64,000 nt of DNA from an uncultured Candidatus Saccharibacteria bacterium (GCA_964626705.1 CAZVGL010000003.1:6543-70542), one strand, 5' to 3'; counted from the first letter of the stretch, positions 9,721 through 20,646 are shown. Translations and numbers: made by a program. Notes: generated by a model from the sequence alone, not told the origin.

Positions 9721-10905
9721 TTAATCATTGGCTATTTTGTGAGCAAATAAGGCTTCTAAAACTAAGAATGGGTCACATCCTTTTTTACTATCTTTAGGCA
9801 TTACGCAGTGTTCATTTAATATTCTACTACTCAACTCTATTACAGTAAATGGTTCTTCTGCAAGCGTAAGTGAGCTAAATTCATCATTTTTTATTATATC
9901 TATAAACCATTTACTCATGTCTGTATCAGCACTTAGTAGTAGTGTTTTTGGTAAAGAAAATCCTTCAGAAAAATCTGATAAGATCTTTCTAAAATGAGAC
10001 AACCATTCTTCCTTCGCTTCTTTTAATGTAGTTTCTATTTTTATAGATTCTGTATCTTTACTTTTTCCACTTATAAAAAGTCGTATCAAAGAATGCGCTT
10101 CTTCAGCGATAGTATTTAAAGAATTTTTGACTTTTCTTATAAAAAAGTTTTTACCAAGTTTAAAAGAAGCAATCTTTTTTATTGTCTCACCTCTAACTAA
10201 TGTTATATCTGTAGTTTCACCACTTATGTCAAGAAGAAGAAAATTCTTTTCAGTCTTAAATATATCTCGTACTGCTGAAAATGAAGAAAGTGCAAATGTA
10301 TTGAAAGATATATTGCTCGAGACAAATATTGTTTCTAGTAGATCCGTCACTTTTTCTTGAACCTCGTCAGACATAGTACTTAAGAATAATGTTGTGTCTA
10401 CGGTAGATGCTTCTTTGCCATATGGATTGTCTATATTATAGCCATTTAATAATATCTGGATTGCACTTTTTTCTATTAATTCATTGTTAGGTTCTATAAA
10501 TTTTTTAGATTCTTCATCTAATATATTTGAGATAATCTTTGAAGATATAGTAAACGGCTTTTTCTCTTTAATTTTCGTATTTTTTATTTCAGCTTTATAC
10601 CATGGAGATCCAAGTATGCAAAATACATCCTTTATATTTTTTGTTCCTATCTTTTCAGTGAATAATTTACTCATCCCTTTTGCTTCAATGTTTTTAGCAG
10701 CTTTTTTTAGAGCTGCCAAAGTAGCAGCAATAAGATGCTTATCTTCGATCTGGTCTTGGAAGGCAATAAATACACGTGTATCGTATAATACATTAAGTTT
10801 ATTGGCATCTTCGTCAAACACAACGAGAGCTGCTCCAACACTAGCACTACCAATATCAAAAACAATAAATGGTGACTGCGTATTCCCTTTTTTTGAGGAA
10901 GACAT
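9721..10905 (-). CDS. ASKHA (actin-like) superfamily ATPase, of Ppx/GppA, PilM or FtsA type
   Basis: Phosphate-1 motif FIVFDIGSASVGAAL near the N-terminus and phosphate-2-like LLLDISGETTDITLV. The subfamily cannot be resolved by eye. Confidence 0.45.
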   Translation of the reverse strand: MSSSKKGNTQSPFIVFDIGSASVGAALVVFDEDANKLNVLYDTRVFIAFQDQIEDKHLIAATLAALKKAAKNIEAKGMSKLFTEKIGTKNIKDVFCILGSPWYKAEIKNTKIKEKKPFTISSKIISNILDEESKKFIEPNNELIEKSAIQILLNGYNIDNPYGKEASTVDTTLFLSTMSDEVQEKVTDLLETIFVSSNISFNTFALSSFSAVRDIFKTEKNFLLLDISGETTDITLVRGETIKKIASFKLGKNFFIRKVKNSLNTIAEEAHSLIRLFISGKSKDTESIKIETTLKEAKEEWLSHFRKILSDFSEGFSLPKTLLLSADTDMSKWFIDIIKNDEFSSLTLAEEPFTVIELSSRILNEHCVMPKDSKKGCDPFLVLEALFAHKIAND

Positions 10906-10968
10906 AAGTTAATTATATACAAAGTTACACATGTATCCAAGCATCATCTTTGGATAGATAGTAGAATC

Positions 10969-12696
10969 TTATTCTAAAATAGCTTTTATTCTACGAACTC
11001 CGGCAGATACAGACTCTTCTTTTTTGATTTTAAAGTGCCCTATCTCTAGTGTGTTTTTAACATGAGGACCACCGCAAAGTTCCGCACTATACAGCTCTTC
11101 TTTATTGCCTATTTTATATACTGTGACGATCTCTCCATATTTATCTCCAAATTCACCTATAACACCTTGCTCGCGAGCTTCTTCTATAGATACCTCCTCG
11201 TTAGTCACTCCAAGTCCTTCTTGTATTTTATCATTTACTATTTTCTCAACCTCTTGTTTTTGCTCGTCTGTCATCTTTTCTCCATAAGAAAAGTCAAAGC
11301 GCATTCTCTCTGAAGTAATATTACTACCCTTTTGTGCTACACCTTCCCCCAATACATCTTTAAGTGCACGGAGTAATAAGTGTGTCGCTGTATGGTATTT
11401 TGTAGATTGTACACCTGTGTCTGCAAGTCCTCCTTTAAACTTCTGTTCCGCACCTGCACGTGAGAGTTCTTGATGAGCTTTCATCTTTTTAGTAAATTCC
11501 TCCTCATCAACAGTAATATTTTCTTCTAGAGCTAGCTCTAGAGTTAATTCTAGAGGAAAGCCGTACGTTGTAAAAAGTATAAAAGCATTTTCGCCTGAAA
11601 TACTTCCCTTTCCGCTTAATTTTTCAAACTCTTTAAGTCCTTTTTCAAGAGTTTTTTTAAATTTTTCTTCTTCTTTTATTATTTCTTCGTTTTTGTCTGC
11701 AATGTCACTTAATTTAATATCAAGATTATTTGCAAACCGTATAGCTCTACGCAAAAGTCTACGTAAAACGTACCCTTGCTCTGTATTTGAAGGTATTACA
11801 CCATCTATGATTAGAACTTCTGCAGCTCTAACATGGTCAGCTATTATTCTAAATGCTTTTTTATTTTCTTCATATGATTTACCGCTTATTTCTCCTATTT
11901 TTTTAATTACAGAGGCAATAGTATCAATATTAAAAATATCACTATCGTCGTTCGTTGCGGAGGTCAAGCGCTCAAGCCCGCCACCAAAGTCTACATTCTT
12001 AGCTGGTAGATGTGCAAAACTTCCATCTTCTTGTTTAATGTATTCCATAAATACAGAGTTCCCTATTTCCATAAACCTTCCGCAATCGCAGTTTGTATGA
12101 CATTCCTCCCCAAAGCTTTTGTCGTGTTCAGTTCCAAAATCATAGAACACTTCACTGTCAGGTCCACCTGGTTCTCCAGCTGGCATTTGTTCTGGTGTGC
12201 CAGACCGGCTCCACCAGTTTTTTTCTACACCATAGTACGATATTCTTTCGTCGCTACCAAGTAGTTTTTCCCAAATATTTGCACTCTCTGTATCTTTTGG
12301 TATTCCAGTTTTTTCATCTCCAGCAAAGATAGTTATATGAAGTTTATTTGCATCGAGCTTTATCTCTTTTGTTAAAAACTCAAATAACCAAGGGATTTGT
12401 TCTTGTTTAAAATAATCTCCAAAAGACCAATTACCAAGCATCTCAAAGTATGTAGTGTGTCTGTTGTCCCCCACCTCTTCTATGTCTTCTGCACGGAAAC
12501 ATTTTTGTGAATTTGTAACTCTTTTTCCTTTTGAATGTTCTTTGCCGAGAAAGTACGGTAAAAGTGGTTGCATACCAGAGTTTATAAAAAGTGTTGTTGG
12601 ATCGTCTTTTGGCACGATAGGCACAGGCGAAATAACAGCATGTCCACGCTTTTCAAAAAACTCTAAATATTTTTTTCTTACTTCATCTACACGCAT
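10969..12696 (-). CDS. alaS: Alanine--tRNA ligase, compact form of 575 aa
   Basis: N-terminal AlaRS signature RKKYLEFFEKRGHAVISPVPIVPKDDPTTLFINSGM. Editing-domain HxxxH motif HTATHLLLRAL. C-terminal GGPHVKNTLEIGHFKI. Confidence 0.85.
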   Translation of the reverse strand: MRVDEVRKKYLEFFEKRGHAVISPVPIVPKDDPTTLFINSGMQPLLPYFLGKEHSKGKRVTNSQKCFRAEDIEEVGDNRHTTYFEMLGNWSFGDYFKQEQIPWLFEFLTKEIKLDANKLHITIFAGDEKTGIPKDTESANIWEKLLGSDERISYYGVEKNWWSRSGTPEQMPAGEPGGPDSEVFYDFGTEHDKSFGEECHTNCDCGRFMEIGNSVFMEYIKQEDGSFAHLPAKNVDFGGGLERLTSATNDDSDIFNIDTIASVIKKIGEISGKSYEENKKAFRIIADHVRAAEVLIIDGVIPSNTEQGYVLRRLLRRAIRFANNLDIKLSDIADKNEEIIKEEEKFKKTLEKGLKEFEKLSGKGSISGENAFILFTTYGFPLELTLELALEENITVDEEEFTKKMKAHQELSRAGAEQKFKGGLADTGVQSTKYHTATHLLLRALKDVLGEGVAQKGSNITSERMRFDFSYGEKMTDEQKQEVEKIVNDKIQEGLGVTNEEVSIEEAREQGVIGEFGDKYGEIVTVYKIGNKEELYSAELCGGPHVKNTLEIGHFKIKKEESVSAGVRRIKAILE

Positions 12697-12718
12697 ATTG
12701 CTAACATTATAACACGAG

Positions 12719-14488
12719 TTATATCTTAACGCTTTTGACTAATTGTTCAAGTTTTATTATATCTTTTTCAATACTCAATACCGCATTTTTGAAAAAATCA
12801 GACTTTGTGGTATCTATACCAATGTCTTTAAATATATTGTCTGGGCTTTTACTTCCACCTGCTGAAAGGAATTTCTTTATTTGTTTTCCAAAATTTTTGT
12901 CTTTTTTTAATTCATCATTAAGTGCACGACTTATGATTTGTCCGTAAGAATATGAATACACGTAGAAAAATCTCCTAAAATGCGACCACGTTACAAAGTT
13001 AAGTCCATCTATTTTTTGCATCTTAACCGCAGGTCCTAAGTATGCACTCATGTGTTTGTTATGAAGCTCTCCGATGTCATCTGCTGAAAGTAAACCTTTG
13101 GCACGAATACTATTGTGAAGTTCTGTTTCAAAGTTAAATGCTGCAATTTGTCGAAATATTGTTTCTATATCTCCTTGTATCTTGTCATGTAATGCTACTA
13201 CTTTTTCTTTTTCATTTAATTTTTCAAACATTACATCAAATGCCATTTGTTCGAAGAATGTACTGGCAGTTTCTGCAACAGGTGTTACATATCCTTCATA
13301 TATAACAGGTTGGCTTTTGCTTAGTTCGCTGTGTATTGCATGCCCCATCTCATGGGCAAATGTCATAAGCGACTTGAAATCATCCGTTTGGTTTAGAAGT
13401 ACAACTGTTGGTACATTTGTAGATGCTGACATATACGCCCCACCCGTTTTCCCAAGTTTTGGATATACGTCTATCTGGCCGTTTGAAAGCATGCTGTCTA
13501 ATATCTTTGCATATTCTGGATCGGCATCTTTAAATATTGGATGTAATATCTCATATGCATCTTTGAAAGAAATTTTCTTTTTTGTGCTTCCGACTTTAGC
13601 ACTTCTGTCACAGTACTCCATAGTGTTAAGCTTTAGCATCTTTTTCTTTAACTTATAAAAACGATTACTTATACCAAAACTTCCTGTAACAGTATCTACA
13701 AGGTTTATGATACTTTTCTCGCCATTTTCATACCCTAATACAGTTGCGCTGTATGGATTTTTGAAACCACGGAGTTCGTCACTAATTTTCTTATTAAGTA
13801 CAACTGCATTCATTTCACTTTCTGCAAAATCAGCAATTAACTCTAGTTTTTCTGCAATAGCTTTACGAAGATCTTTTCTATCTTTAGTGTTAAGGTTTGG
13901 GATCTGATATTGAGCTTCACCAATAGACATAACCTTACCTTTGAACTTCACAGTCTTTTTACTTATAGATTTTTCTACCCCGTTTACCCATAATCCGTGG
14001 CTCGGTAAGCTTTTTAGGTTCATTATTTTTTCTTCTGGTTCTGTAAGGTCGTGCTTACTTGCTTCAAAGGTTTTTTCAAGTAAATAATGATATTTAGAAA
14101 GTTTCTTACTTTTTAAAAATTTGTCTTGTAACTTTTTTTCAATTTTTCCAAGCTCTAATCCAAAAAATAAAGTTTTATTCTCATACTCTGTTAATTCATT
14201 TATTATTTTATTTAGATTAGCTTCGGCTTCTTCATCCTTACCATTTATATCTTTTCTATAGTGAAAATACAGAACAGATTTACTTCCGTCTGTAAGTAAG
14301 AGTTTCTCATAGTCTTGAAGTGCTTTAAGAAGTCCATCTTCACTTTTTAAATAATCGCTATTTCCTGCATACTTTTTTTCAAATAGAAGAGTCGTTTTTT
14401 TAGATTTTTCTATATCTTTACGTATCTGCGGATCGGTACTAGATTTATAGAATAAATTTAGATCCCATTTAGTTTTTATTTTTATCAT
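12719..14488 (-). CDS. pepF: Oligoendopeptidase F (M3B family metallopeptidase)
   Basis: HEMGHAIHSE zinc-binding HExxH motif in a roughly 590 aa protein with M3 architecture. Confidence 0.75.
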   Translation of the reverse strand: MIKIKTKWDLNLFYKSSTDPQIRKDIEKSKKTTLLFEKKYAGNSDYLKSEDGLLKALQDYEKLLLTDGSKSVLYFHYRKDINGKDEEAEANLNKIINELTEYENKTLFFGLELGKIEKKLQDKFLKSKKLSKYHYLLEKTFEASKHDLTEPEEKIMNLKSLPSHGLWVNGVEKSISKKTVKFKGKVMSIGEAQYQIPNLNTKDRKDLRKAIAEKLELIADFAESEMNAVVLNKKISDELRGFKNPYSATVLGYENGEKSIINLVDTVTGSFGISNRFYKLKKKMLKLNTMEYCDRSAKVGSTKKKISFKDAYEILHPIFKDADPEYAKILDSMLSNGQIDVYPKLGKTGGAYMSASTNVPTVVLLNQTDDFKSLMTFAHEMGHAIHSELSKSQPVIYEGYVTPVAETASTFFEQMAFDVMFEKLNEKEKVVALHDKIQGDIETIFRQIAAFNFETELHNSIRAKGLLSADDIGELHNKHMSAYLGPAVKMQKIDGLNFVTWSHFRRFFYVYSYSYGQIISRALNDELKKDKNFGKQIKKFLSAGGSKSPDNIFKDIGIDTTKSDFFKNAVLSIEKDIIKLEQLVKSVKI

Positions 14489-14499
14489 ATTTTTAAAAA

Positions 14500-14530
14500 C
14501 AATATCGCCAGATAATGTCTGGCGATATTG
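14500..14530. terminator. Bidirectional terminator hairpin (CAATATCGCCAGAcattaTCTGGCGATATTG) between greA and pepF
   Basis: 13-bp stem with A-run upstream and T-run downstream, read directly. Confidence 0.6.
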
Positions 14531-14544
14531 TTTATTTTTATAAT

Positions 14545-15012
14545 TTATTTTATCCCTACAACTTTATAATTCATCTTTCCGTTAGGAGTTGTAAATGAGA
14601 ATGTCTCACCTTTTTTCTTTTCCATCATGGCTCCACCAAGTGGCGAAAGGTGCGATATTTTTCTTTCTTGCATGTCTGCCTCTTCTGATCCTACTATTAA
14701 ATAAGTTCTAGTTTCTTTTTCACCATCTTTTTGTATGTCTACCTCAGAACCAAGGGATACAGTGTCGGTGCTTTTTTGTGCGACGATTTTAGCTGTTTTT
14801 AATATAGATTCAAGTTTGTTTATTCTATCTTCTGTTGCAGCTTGTAAGTCACGCGCTTCGTGGTATTCTGCATTTTCTGAAATGTCACCAAGTGAACGTG
14901 CGTACTCAAGATTCTCTGCAATCTCTTTTCTACGTGTTGTTTTAAGAAAATCAAGCTCCTTCTGAAGCTCGTCAAATTTCTCTTTAGTCAAGAATTCATT
15001 TTCTGTTGTCAT
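14545..15012 (-). CDS. greA: Transcription elongation factor GreA
   Basis: 155 aa. N-terminal coiled-coil with acidic tip (RSLGDISENAEYH) and C-terminal FKBP-like domain. Confidence 0.85.
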   Translation of the reverse strand: MTTENEFLTKEKFDELQKELDFLKTTRRKEIAENLEYARSLGDISENAEYHEARDLQAATEDRINKLESILKTAKIVAQKSTDTVSLGSEVDIQKDGEKETRTYLIVGSEEADMQERKISHLSPLGGAMMEKKKGETFSFTTPNGKMNYKVVGIK

Positions 15013-15060
15013 ATTAGTGTATATTTTATCTTATCTAAAATAAGAGTCAAGTTTTAAATT

Positions 15061-16776
15061 TTATCTTAAATACTCTGGTGTGTTTTCTGTCATCCATTCT
15101 AGAAGTTGGCGCATTATATACAAGGCGCCGATAGTATTACTCTCTCTTCCTTTTTCCATTATAACAGTAAAAGCGTACTTGGGATTATCATATGGAAAGA
15201 AGCCTACGACAAGAGAGTTTACATATGTTTTAGTTGTACCGAGTTGTGCAGTACCAGTTTTAGCAGCTACTTTCACTTGTGGTATTTTGAGCCCTTTTGC
15301 AGTGCCATCTGTCACTGACTGTCGCATCCCTTCCCTTACTATTGAATAATATTTTTTACGTACAGATGCTCTGTCTGACTCCCCGCCACCACCTAAAAGT
15401 AAGGTTGGTTTGTAGAGTTTACCTTCGTTTGCTATTGCTGATACAGCACGTGCAAGTTGTAGGGCTGTTACTTGGAAACCATATTGACCAATAGCGGTAT
15501 GATATGTATCACCAATCCTCCATTCATCACCAGGAAAGTTTTCTTCTTTCCATTGAGGGTTTGGTATTACTCCGTCTTTCTCATCTAATACTTCGTCTTG
15601 ATAAATGTTTGTTTTTTCTCCAAAGCCAAACATCCTCATATACTCTTCGATTCTTTTAATCCCTAACCCTTCTTGACCTTTAAAACCACCACCTACTTCA
15701 TAAAAATATACATTAGATGATACAGCGATAGCGTCTCTCATATCTACAAGCCCATGCGCTTTCCAGTCTACAAAAACAGATTCTTTGTCCTTAAAATATG
15801 GATTTGGTATAGATATAGATCCGGTACTTAAGATCTGCTTATTGGGATCGATCAGTTTTTCATTAAGTGCACCGAGTGAAACAAAAAGCTTTACAGTCGA
15901 ACCTGGAGTATATAAACCGGAAGTTGTTCTGTTGAGGTATGGATTATTTTTATCTTGCGCGTATTGAGTTATTTTTTCTTTAGGTTCACCATCTGAAAGT
16001 ACTTGTGAATTATATTCAGGAAAGCTCGTCATAGACAAGATCTCTCCACTGTTTACATCCATAATCACTCCAGCTCCACCATCGAAACCCACTTCGTTCA
16101 CTAGATTTTCTATAAATTCGTACATTTTATTTTGTACTCGTGCATCTATAGAAAGAGTTACGTTACCGCCCTCCTTTGGAGGTAAGGTGACACTTTCTGA
16201 CTCTACTTCCATGCGTGCATTTGTTTCTACTATCTTAAGTCCAGGACTTCCGCTTAATATTTTATTGTATAGTTTTTCTACTCCAGCTTTTGGTATAAAT
16301 TCATTTTGATAATATACACCAGACTTATCTTTAAGTGGATAGCTCACATACCCAAGTATGTGTGAAAGACCAGATAGTTCTGAGTATTTTCTTCTTGAGA
16401 AATCTTCTTCGTCAGTTGCTGAATTTTCTTTTGCATTCCATACAAGTTCTGTGTTGTTTCTGTCGTAGATCACACCACGATCCGCAAATACTATGGAATT
16501 ATCTAATCTATTATTTTCACTAATAGATGCAAAGGTTTTACCTTGACCAATTTGTAGATCCCAAACTTTCCATCCAAATATTATGATAATAATAAAAAAG
16601 ACTACTCCAATAGCAACAACCGAACTTCTTGAGATCGGTCGTTCTATTCTCCCTTCAAACTGGTCTGTATTAAACTCCGGTAAGTTCGTAGAGTCAATAA
16701 AGATCTCATCGGGTTCTATTTCCCTATTTCGAATAGAATTCCTTCTAGATATTTTTCTTAAGTGTTTAAATACCAT
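15061..16776 (-). CDS. mrdA: Penicillin-binding protein 2 (elongasome transpeptidase)
   Basis: STVKLF (SxxK), SSN and KTGTAQ motifs, plus an N-terminal TM segment. Lies immediately downstream of mreBCD. Confidence 0.8.
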   Translation of the reverse strand: MVFKHLRKISRRNSIRNREIEPDEIFIDSTNLPEFNTDQFEGRIERPISRSSVVAIGVVFFIIIIIFGWKVWDLQIGQGKTFASISENNRLDNSIVFADRGVIYDRNNTELVWNAKENSATDEEDFSRRKYSELSGLSHILGYVSYPLKDKSGVYYQNEFIPKAGVEKLYNKILSGSPGLKIVETNARMEVESESVTLPPKEGGNVTLSIDARVQNKMYEFIENLVNEVGFDGGAGVIMDVNSGEILSMTSFPEYNSQVLSDGEPKEKITQYAQDKNNPYLNRTTSGLYTPGSTVKLFVSLGALNEKLIDPNKQILSTGSISIPNPYFKDKESVFVDWKAHGLVDMRDAIAVSSNVYFYEVGGGFKGQEGLGIKRIEEYMRMFGFGEKTNIYQDEVLDEKDGVIPNPQWKEENFPGDEWRIGDTYHTAIGQYGFQVTALQLARAVSAIANEGKLYKPTLLLGGGGESDRASVRKKYYSIVREGMRQSVTDGTAKGLKIPQVKVAAKTGTAQLGTTKTYVNSLVVGFFPYDNPKYAFTVIMEKGRESNTIGALYIMRQLLEWMTENTPEYLR

Positions 16777-17029
16777 AGAACATTAATCTCTTTTTAATGA
16801 AGTAAGCAGTTATAAATATAGCAACAGCACTTACTGTAAATAAAAATTGTATATTAGAAAAATCAGGTACAGAAGTACTATATAAGATATCTGCAAATAT
16901 CCCCCAAAGCATTATTTCGTACGCTTTAAATTTAAACAAAAAACCTAAAACCACTATTAAAGTAATCCACCACGGTAAAAACAAAATACTCCCAAACATC
17001 AATATATTAAAAACAATCCTCAAAGCCAT
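16766..17029 (-). CDS. MreD-like small polytopic membrane protein (putative)
   Basis: 87 aa with about 3 TM helices, positioned between mreC and mrdA where mreD normally sits. Shorter than typical MreD. Confidence 0.35.
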   Translation of the reverse strand: MALRIVFNILMFGSILFLPWWITLIVVLGFLFKFKAYEIMLWGIFADILYSTSVPDFSNIQFLFTVSAVAIFITAYFIKKRLMFYGI

Positions 17030-17070
17030 AATGAGAGCATTATATCATACCCATAAACCTATCAAACCAG

Positions 17071-17883
17071 TTACTTTTTAGATTTAACAACCTGCACCCA
17101 CTTTATGTCATTCATATTAATTGGGTTTTTGAAGAGAATAGTGATAAATGGATCAGATGGATTAGCTTCTATTTCCTCAATCACTGCAAAGAGTTTTATA
17201 TCTATACTTGGCATTGTTATTATATCCCCCTTCTCTACTTCAGTACCGCGTGGTAGCTCTACTATAAAATTACCGCCACCCATTCCCTCTGCATTAGCGG
17301 ATATGTTATGCAGACCTATAGATATCGGTGTTATTTCTCCTGGAGATGAAAATAGTTTTACTGTTGATGTGTTTTTATAAACTCCATCGACTTTTCCTAT
17401 AAATATATTTCCAGATACGTAGACATCGTTTCCATATTCTATATTAGAACTTTCTCCAATATCTATAATAAAAGTATCGTAAGGAGATACATTTGGTCTT
17501 GCTAATACTGCACCAAGTACCGTGTTTTTAATATCAAAAGTTTCTCTATTTAAAAGCTCTTTAAGGGATTCATTTTCTTGCTTTAAGAATTCAAATTCCA
17601 AAAGTTTAAATTCTGTTTCTTTTATTTTATTTTTCAAATCTTCATTCTCAAAAACAAGAGAGCGTTTAGAGCGAAGAAGTTGCGATGAGTTTATTACACC
17701 TTCCACTGAAGAATTCTTAGCTTTCCAAAACGGCGATACGATTAGTTGTGTAGTGCTCGTAAATGCATTCGGAAAGAAAATACGCACAATAATTATTATT
17801 GCTATTACTATAAGGATTATTACAAAGATCTTTGTAAACAGTCCCTGTCTTTGTTCTTTATGATGTAGGAGATAATTGCTCAT
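17071..17883 (-). CDS. mreC: Rod shape-determining protein MreC
   Basis: N-terminal TM segment, coiled-coil region (EFLKQENESLKELL) and C-terminal beta-rich domain. Lies downstream of and overlapping mreB. Confidence 0.7.
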   Translation of the reverse strand: MSNYLLHHKEQRQGLFTKIFVIILIVIAIIIIVRIFFPNAFTSTTQLIVSPFWKAKNSSVEGVINSSQLLRSKRSLVFENEDLKNKIKETEFKLLEFEFLKQENESLKELLNRETFDIKNTVLGAVLARPNVSPYDTFIIDIGESSNIEYGNDVYVSGNIFIGKVDGVYKNTSTVKLFSSPGEITPISIGLHNISANAEGMGGGNFIVELPRGTEVEKGDIITMPSIDIKLFAVIEEIEANPSDPFITILFKNPINMNDIKWVQVVKSKK

Positions 17884-18934
17884 CGTCTGGTGCTAAAAGT
17901 ATTTCTTCATATGCATCTATGTCCTCTAGTATAACACCTGTACCACGCACTACAGCTGTAAGAGGGTCATCTGATATATATACTGGGAATTGTAACATCT
18001 CACCTAAAAGCTCTGGCATACCCTTTATAAGGGCACCTCCACCGACCACAAAAGCTCCTCTTTGCATCACGTCTGACAATACTTCAGGTGGAGTTGTTTC
18101 AAGTACTTCTCTTGTAGCATCTATAATATGATCAACTGAATTTGATATAGCTTCACGAATATCAGAATCTGTAATAATAACTTCTCTTGGCAGCCCTGTC
18201 ACCAAATCTCTGCCTCTCACAGTAGATTCAATAGGCTCATCCCCCTCTATTACAGAGCACACTGCAATTTTTAAATCTTCTGCTGTTTTCTCACCTATTA
18301 AAATCTTAAATTCATTTCTTATATAAAAAATTATGTCAGAATTAAATTTATCCCCCGCTATACGTACATTTTTTGAACGTACTATACCATTAAGAGAAAC
18401 CACTGCTATGTCAGATGTCCCGCCACCTATGTCTATTACCATATTACCAATAGGCTCTTTTACTGGAAGACGTATACCAATAGTTGCAGCCATTGGTTCT
18501 TCTACTATATGAACTTCTCTAGCTCCTGCATTTCGCGCTGCATCACGTACAGCACGTGTCTCAACACTTGTAATACCAGATGGAACACCTATGACAACCC
18601 TAGGTCTTAGGAATTTTTTTAGATGAGTCTGTGCTTTATTTATTAAATAGCTAAGCATTTCTTCCGTTACTTCAAAATCAGATATCACACCATCAACAAG
18701 TGGTCGTACAGCGACAATATGCCCAGGAGTTCTTCCCAACATTTCTTTTGCTTGGTGTCCAACAGCAACCACACGCCCTGTCTTTTGGTTTACGGCAACA
18801 ACTGACGGCTCGTTTATAACGATCCCTCGCCCTCTTAAGTACACAAGTGTGTTTGCAGTTCCTAAGTCAATCCCTATATCGTTTGAAAAAAGTCTATAGA
18901 ATTTATCAAAATATTTTTTTATTTTACCTCGCAT
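17858..18934 (-). CDS. mreB: Rod shape-determining protein MreB (actin homologue)
   Basis: IGIDLGTANTLVY phosphate-1 motif, DIGGGTSDIAV phosphate-2 motif, 358 aa. Confidence 0.9.
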   Translation of the reverse strand: MRGKIKKYFDKFYRLFSNDIGIDLGTANTLVYLRGRGIVINEPSVVAVNQKTGRVVAVGHQAKEMLGRTPGHIVAVRPLVDGVISDFEVTEEMLSYLINKAQTHLKKFLRPRVVIGVPSGITSVETRAVRDAARNAGAREVHIVEEPMAATIGIRLPVKEPIGNMVIDIGGGTSDIAVVSLNGIVRSKNVRIAGDKFNSDIIFYIRNEFKILIGEKTAEDLKIAVCSVIEGDEPIESTVRGRDLVTGLPREVIITDSDIREAISNSVDHIIDATREVLETTPPEVLSDVMQRGAFVVGGGALIKGMPELLGEMLQFPVYISDDPLTAVVRGTGVILEDIDAYEEILLAPDDEQLSPTS

Positions 18935-20151
18935 AATTTAATCAGCTCGTCTTCTGTCATATCTTTTGTTTCCCCGGTCGCCCTATTTGTGTATTCAAAC
19001 TTACCTGAATCTTTATTTCTATCAGATACTACTATCCTGTGAGGTATACCCATAAGATCAGCATCTGCAAACTTTTGCCCAGCCTGTGCATCCCTGTCGT
19101 CATATAGCACTTCTATATTAGCTTTTATTAGCTTATTGTAAAACTCACTACTGTCTGTGAGTCCAATTAGATGAACCTTAAACGGAGCTATAGATTCAGG
19201 CCATACTATACCCTTATCATCTGAGAGTATTTCAACTACTGTACCCATAACCCTACCAAGCCCTATACCGTAACTTCCCATGATAGGTAGATTTTTTTTA
19301 CCGTCTTCACCTTTGTAAAAAAGACCTTCAGCTTCTGCAAATTTTGTACCAAGTGAAAAAATATTCCCAACTTCAATAGATTTTTTTTCTACAAGCTTAT
19401 TTTTTTCTAAACCTACATCACTTAATACTTCGTCTGTAAAAACCTCTTTGTTTACAGCAATCTTTTTTTCTTCGTCTATATATATAATATCTTCCCCAGC
19501 TTCTGAAAGTGTTTGGAATTCATCACTAAATTTAGAAAATGACCCACCACTTGCAAATGTTCTGTATGTCTTACTTCCCAAACCAACTCTTTCAAACACC
19601 TCCATGTAAGCTCTCGCTGCTTTTTCGTAAAATTCTTTATGTTCTTGCTCTGTGCGTGAGAATGAATACATGTCTTTCATTAGAAACTCACGTCCACGCA
19701 TAATACCACTTTTAGCACGCAATTCGTTTCTAAATTTTGTTTGTATTTGGTATGGATACAAAGGCAAGTCTTTATATGAATTAATATGATTAGTTAAAAG
19801 TTTCGTAAGCGGCTCCTCATGAGTATTTGCAATACCTAGTTCATTATTGTTTTTAAGTTTTGTCTTAAACCAGTTATCTACTACTTCATCATCCCATCTA
19901 CCACTTTTTTTCCATATTTCAGGGTCTTGGAGTGTTGTTAAAAGCATTTCCTGCCCACCAACTTTATTCATCTCTTCTCTTATGATATTCTCTATTTTTC
20001 TGAGTACTCGAAGTCCAAGTGGTAGATATGTATAGACTCCAGCCATTTCTTTATGGACAAAACCTCCTCGGATAAGAAGCTGTGCATTTAAAGACACTTC
20101 ATCAGAAGGGGCTTCTTTTCTTGTTTTAGTAAAAAGTCTACTCTGTAACAT
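18919..20151 (-). CDS. proS: Proline--tRNA ligase, short form without an editing insertion
   Basis: Class II motif 2 FRNELRAKSGIMRGREFLMKDMYSF. C-terminal class IIa anticodon-binding domain. Confidence 0.85.
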   Translation of the reverse strand: MLQSRLFTKTRKEAPSDEVSLNAQLLIRGGFVHKEMAGVYTYLPLGLRVLRKIENIIREEMNKVGGQEMLLTTLQDPEIWKKSGRWDDEVVDNWFKTKLKNNNELGIANTHEEPLTKLLTNHINSYKDLPLYPYQIQTKFRNELRAKSGIMRGREFLMKDMYSFSRTEQEHKEFYEKAARAYMEVFERVGLGSKTYRTFASGGSFSKFSDEFQTLSEAGEDIIYIDEEKKIAVNKEVFTDEVLSDVGLEKNKLVEKKSIEVGNIFSLGTKFAEAEGLFYKGEDGKKNLPIMGSYGIGLGRVMGTVVEILSDDKGIVWPESIAPFKVHLIGLTDSSEFYNKLIKANIEVLYDDRDAQAGQKFADADLMGIPHRIVVSDRNKDSGKFEYTNRATGETKDMTEDELIKLCEVK

Positions 20152-20198
20152 CTCCTAATAGTACCGTAAAATAAGAAATGGGTCAAAAACAACAAAAA

Positions 20199-20238
20199 AT
20201 TAACGGCTCAACCTTACATCTGTAAGGTTGAGCCGTTA
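20199..20238 (-). terminator. Rho-independent terminator (TTAACGGCTCAACCTTACA/TGTAAGGTTGAGCCGTTAA) ending the sensory/surface gene block
   Basis: 19-bp perfect stem. The A-run on the plus side gives a U-run on the minus transcript. Confidence 0.65.
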
Positions 20239-20262
20239 ATTTTTCACTAGTATAAATAGTTT

Positions 20263-20637
20263 TTATTCTGCTAATCTCTCTTTAACTATTCTTACGAGAT
20301 CGTCTACTTTTGTTTTATCTTTTACTAAATAAGTATATACTCCACCTTCCATAGCATCAGCTATCTTATTAATATCACTTACTATTGATAATACGATAAT
20401 ATTTAAATCTTTATACTTATCGTTTTCTCGAATTTTTTTGAGTATCTCTATTCCATTTATTTTTGGAAGCAATATATCAAGAAGTATTAGATCAATATTT
20501 TCTGATTCTATTAGGCTCAGACCTTCTTCTCCATCAGATGCATGTAGAACATTAAAACCAGCTTCAGAAAGTGACTCTATAAGCATTTTTGATAATATCT
20601 CTTCGTCTTCTATAACTGCTATTGTCTTTTTCTCCAT
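20263..20637 (-). CDS. Stand-alone response-regulator receiver (CheY-like) protein
   Basis: Receiver-domain signatures (acidic pocket DEE, phospho-acceptor in ILLDILLPK, conserved K). No output domain. Confidence 0.8.
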   Translation of the reverse strand: MEKKTIAVIEDEEILSKMLIESLSEAGFNVLHASDGEEGLSLIESENIDLILLDILLPKINGIEILKKIRENDKYKDLNIIVLSIVSDINKIADAMEGGVYTYLVKDKTKVDDLVRIVKERLAE

Positions 20638-20646
20638 AATCCTAAA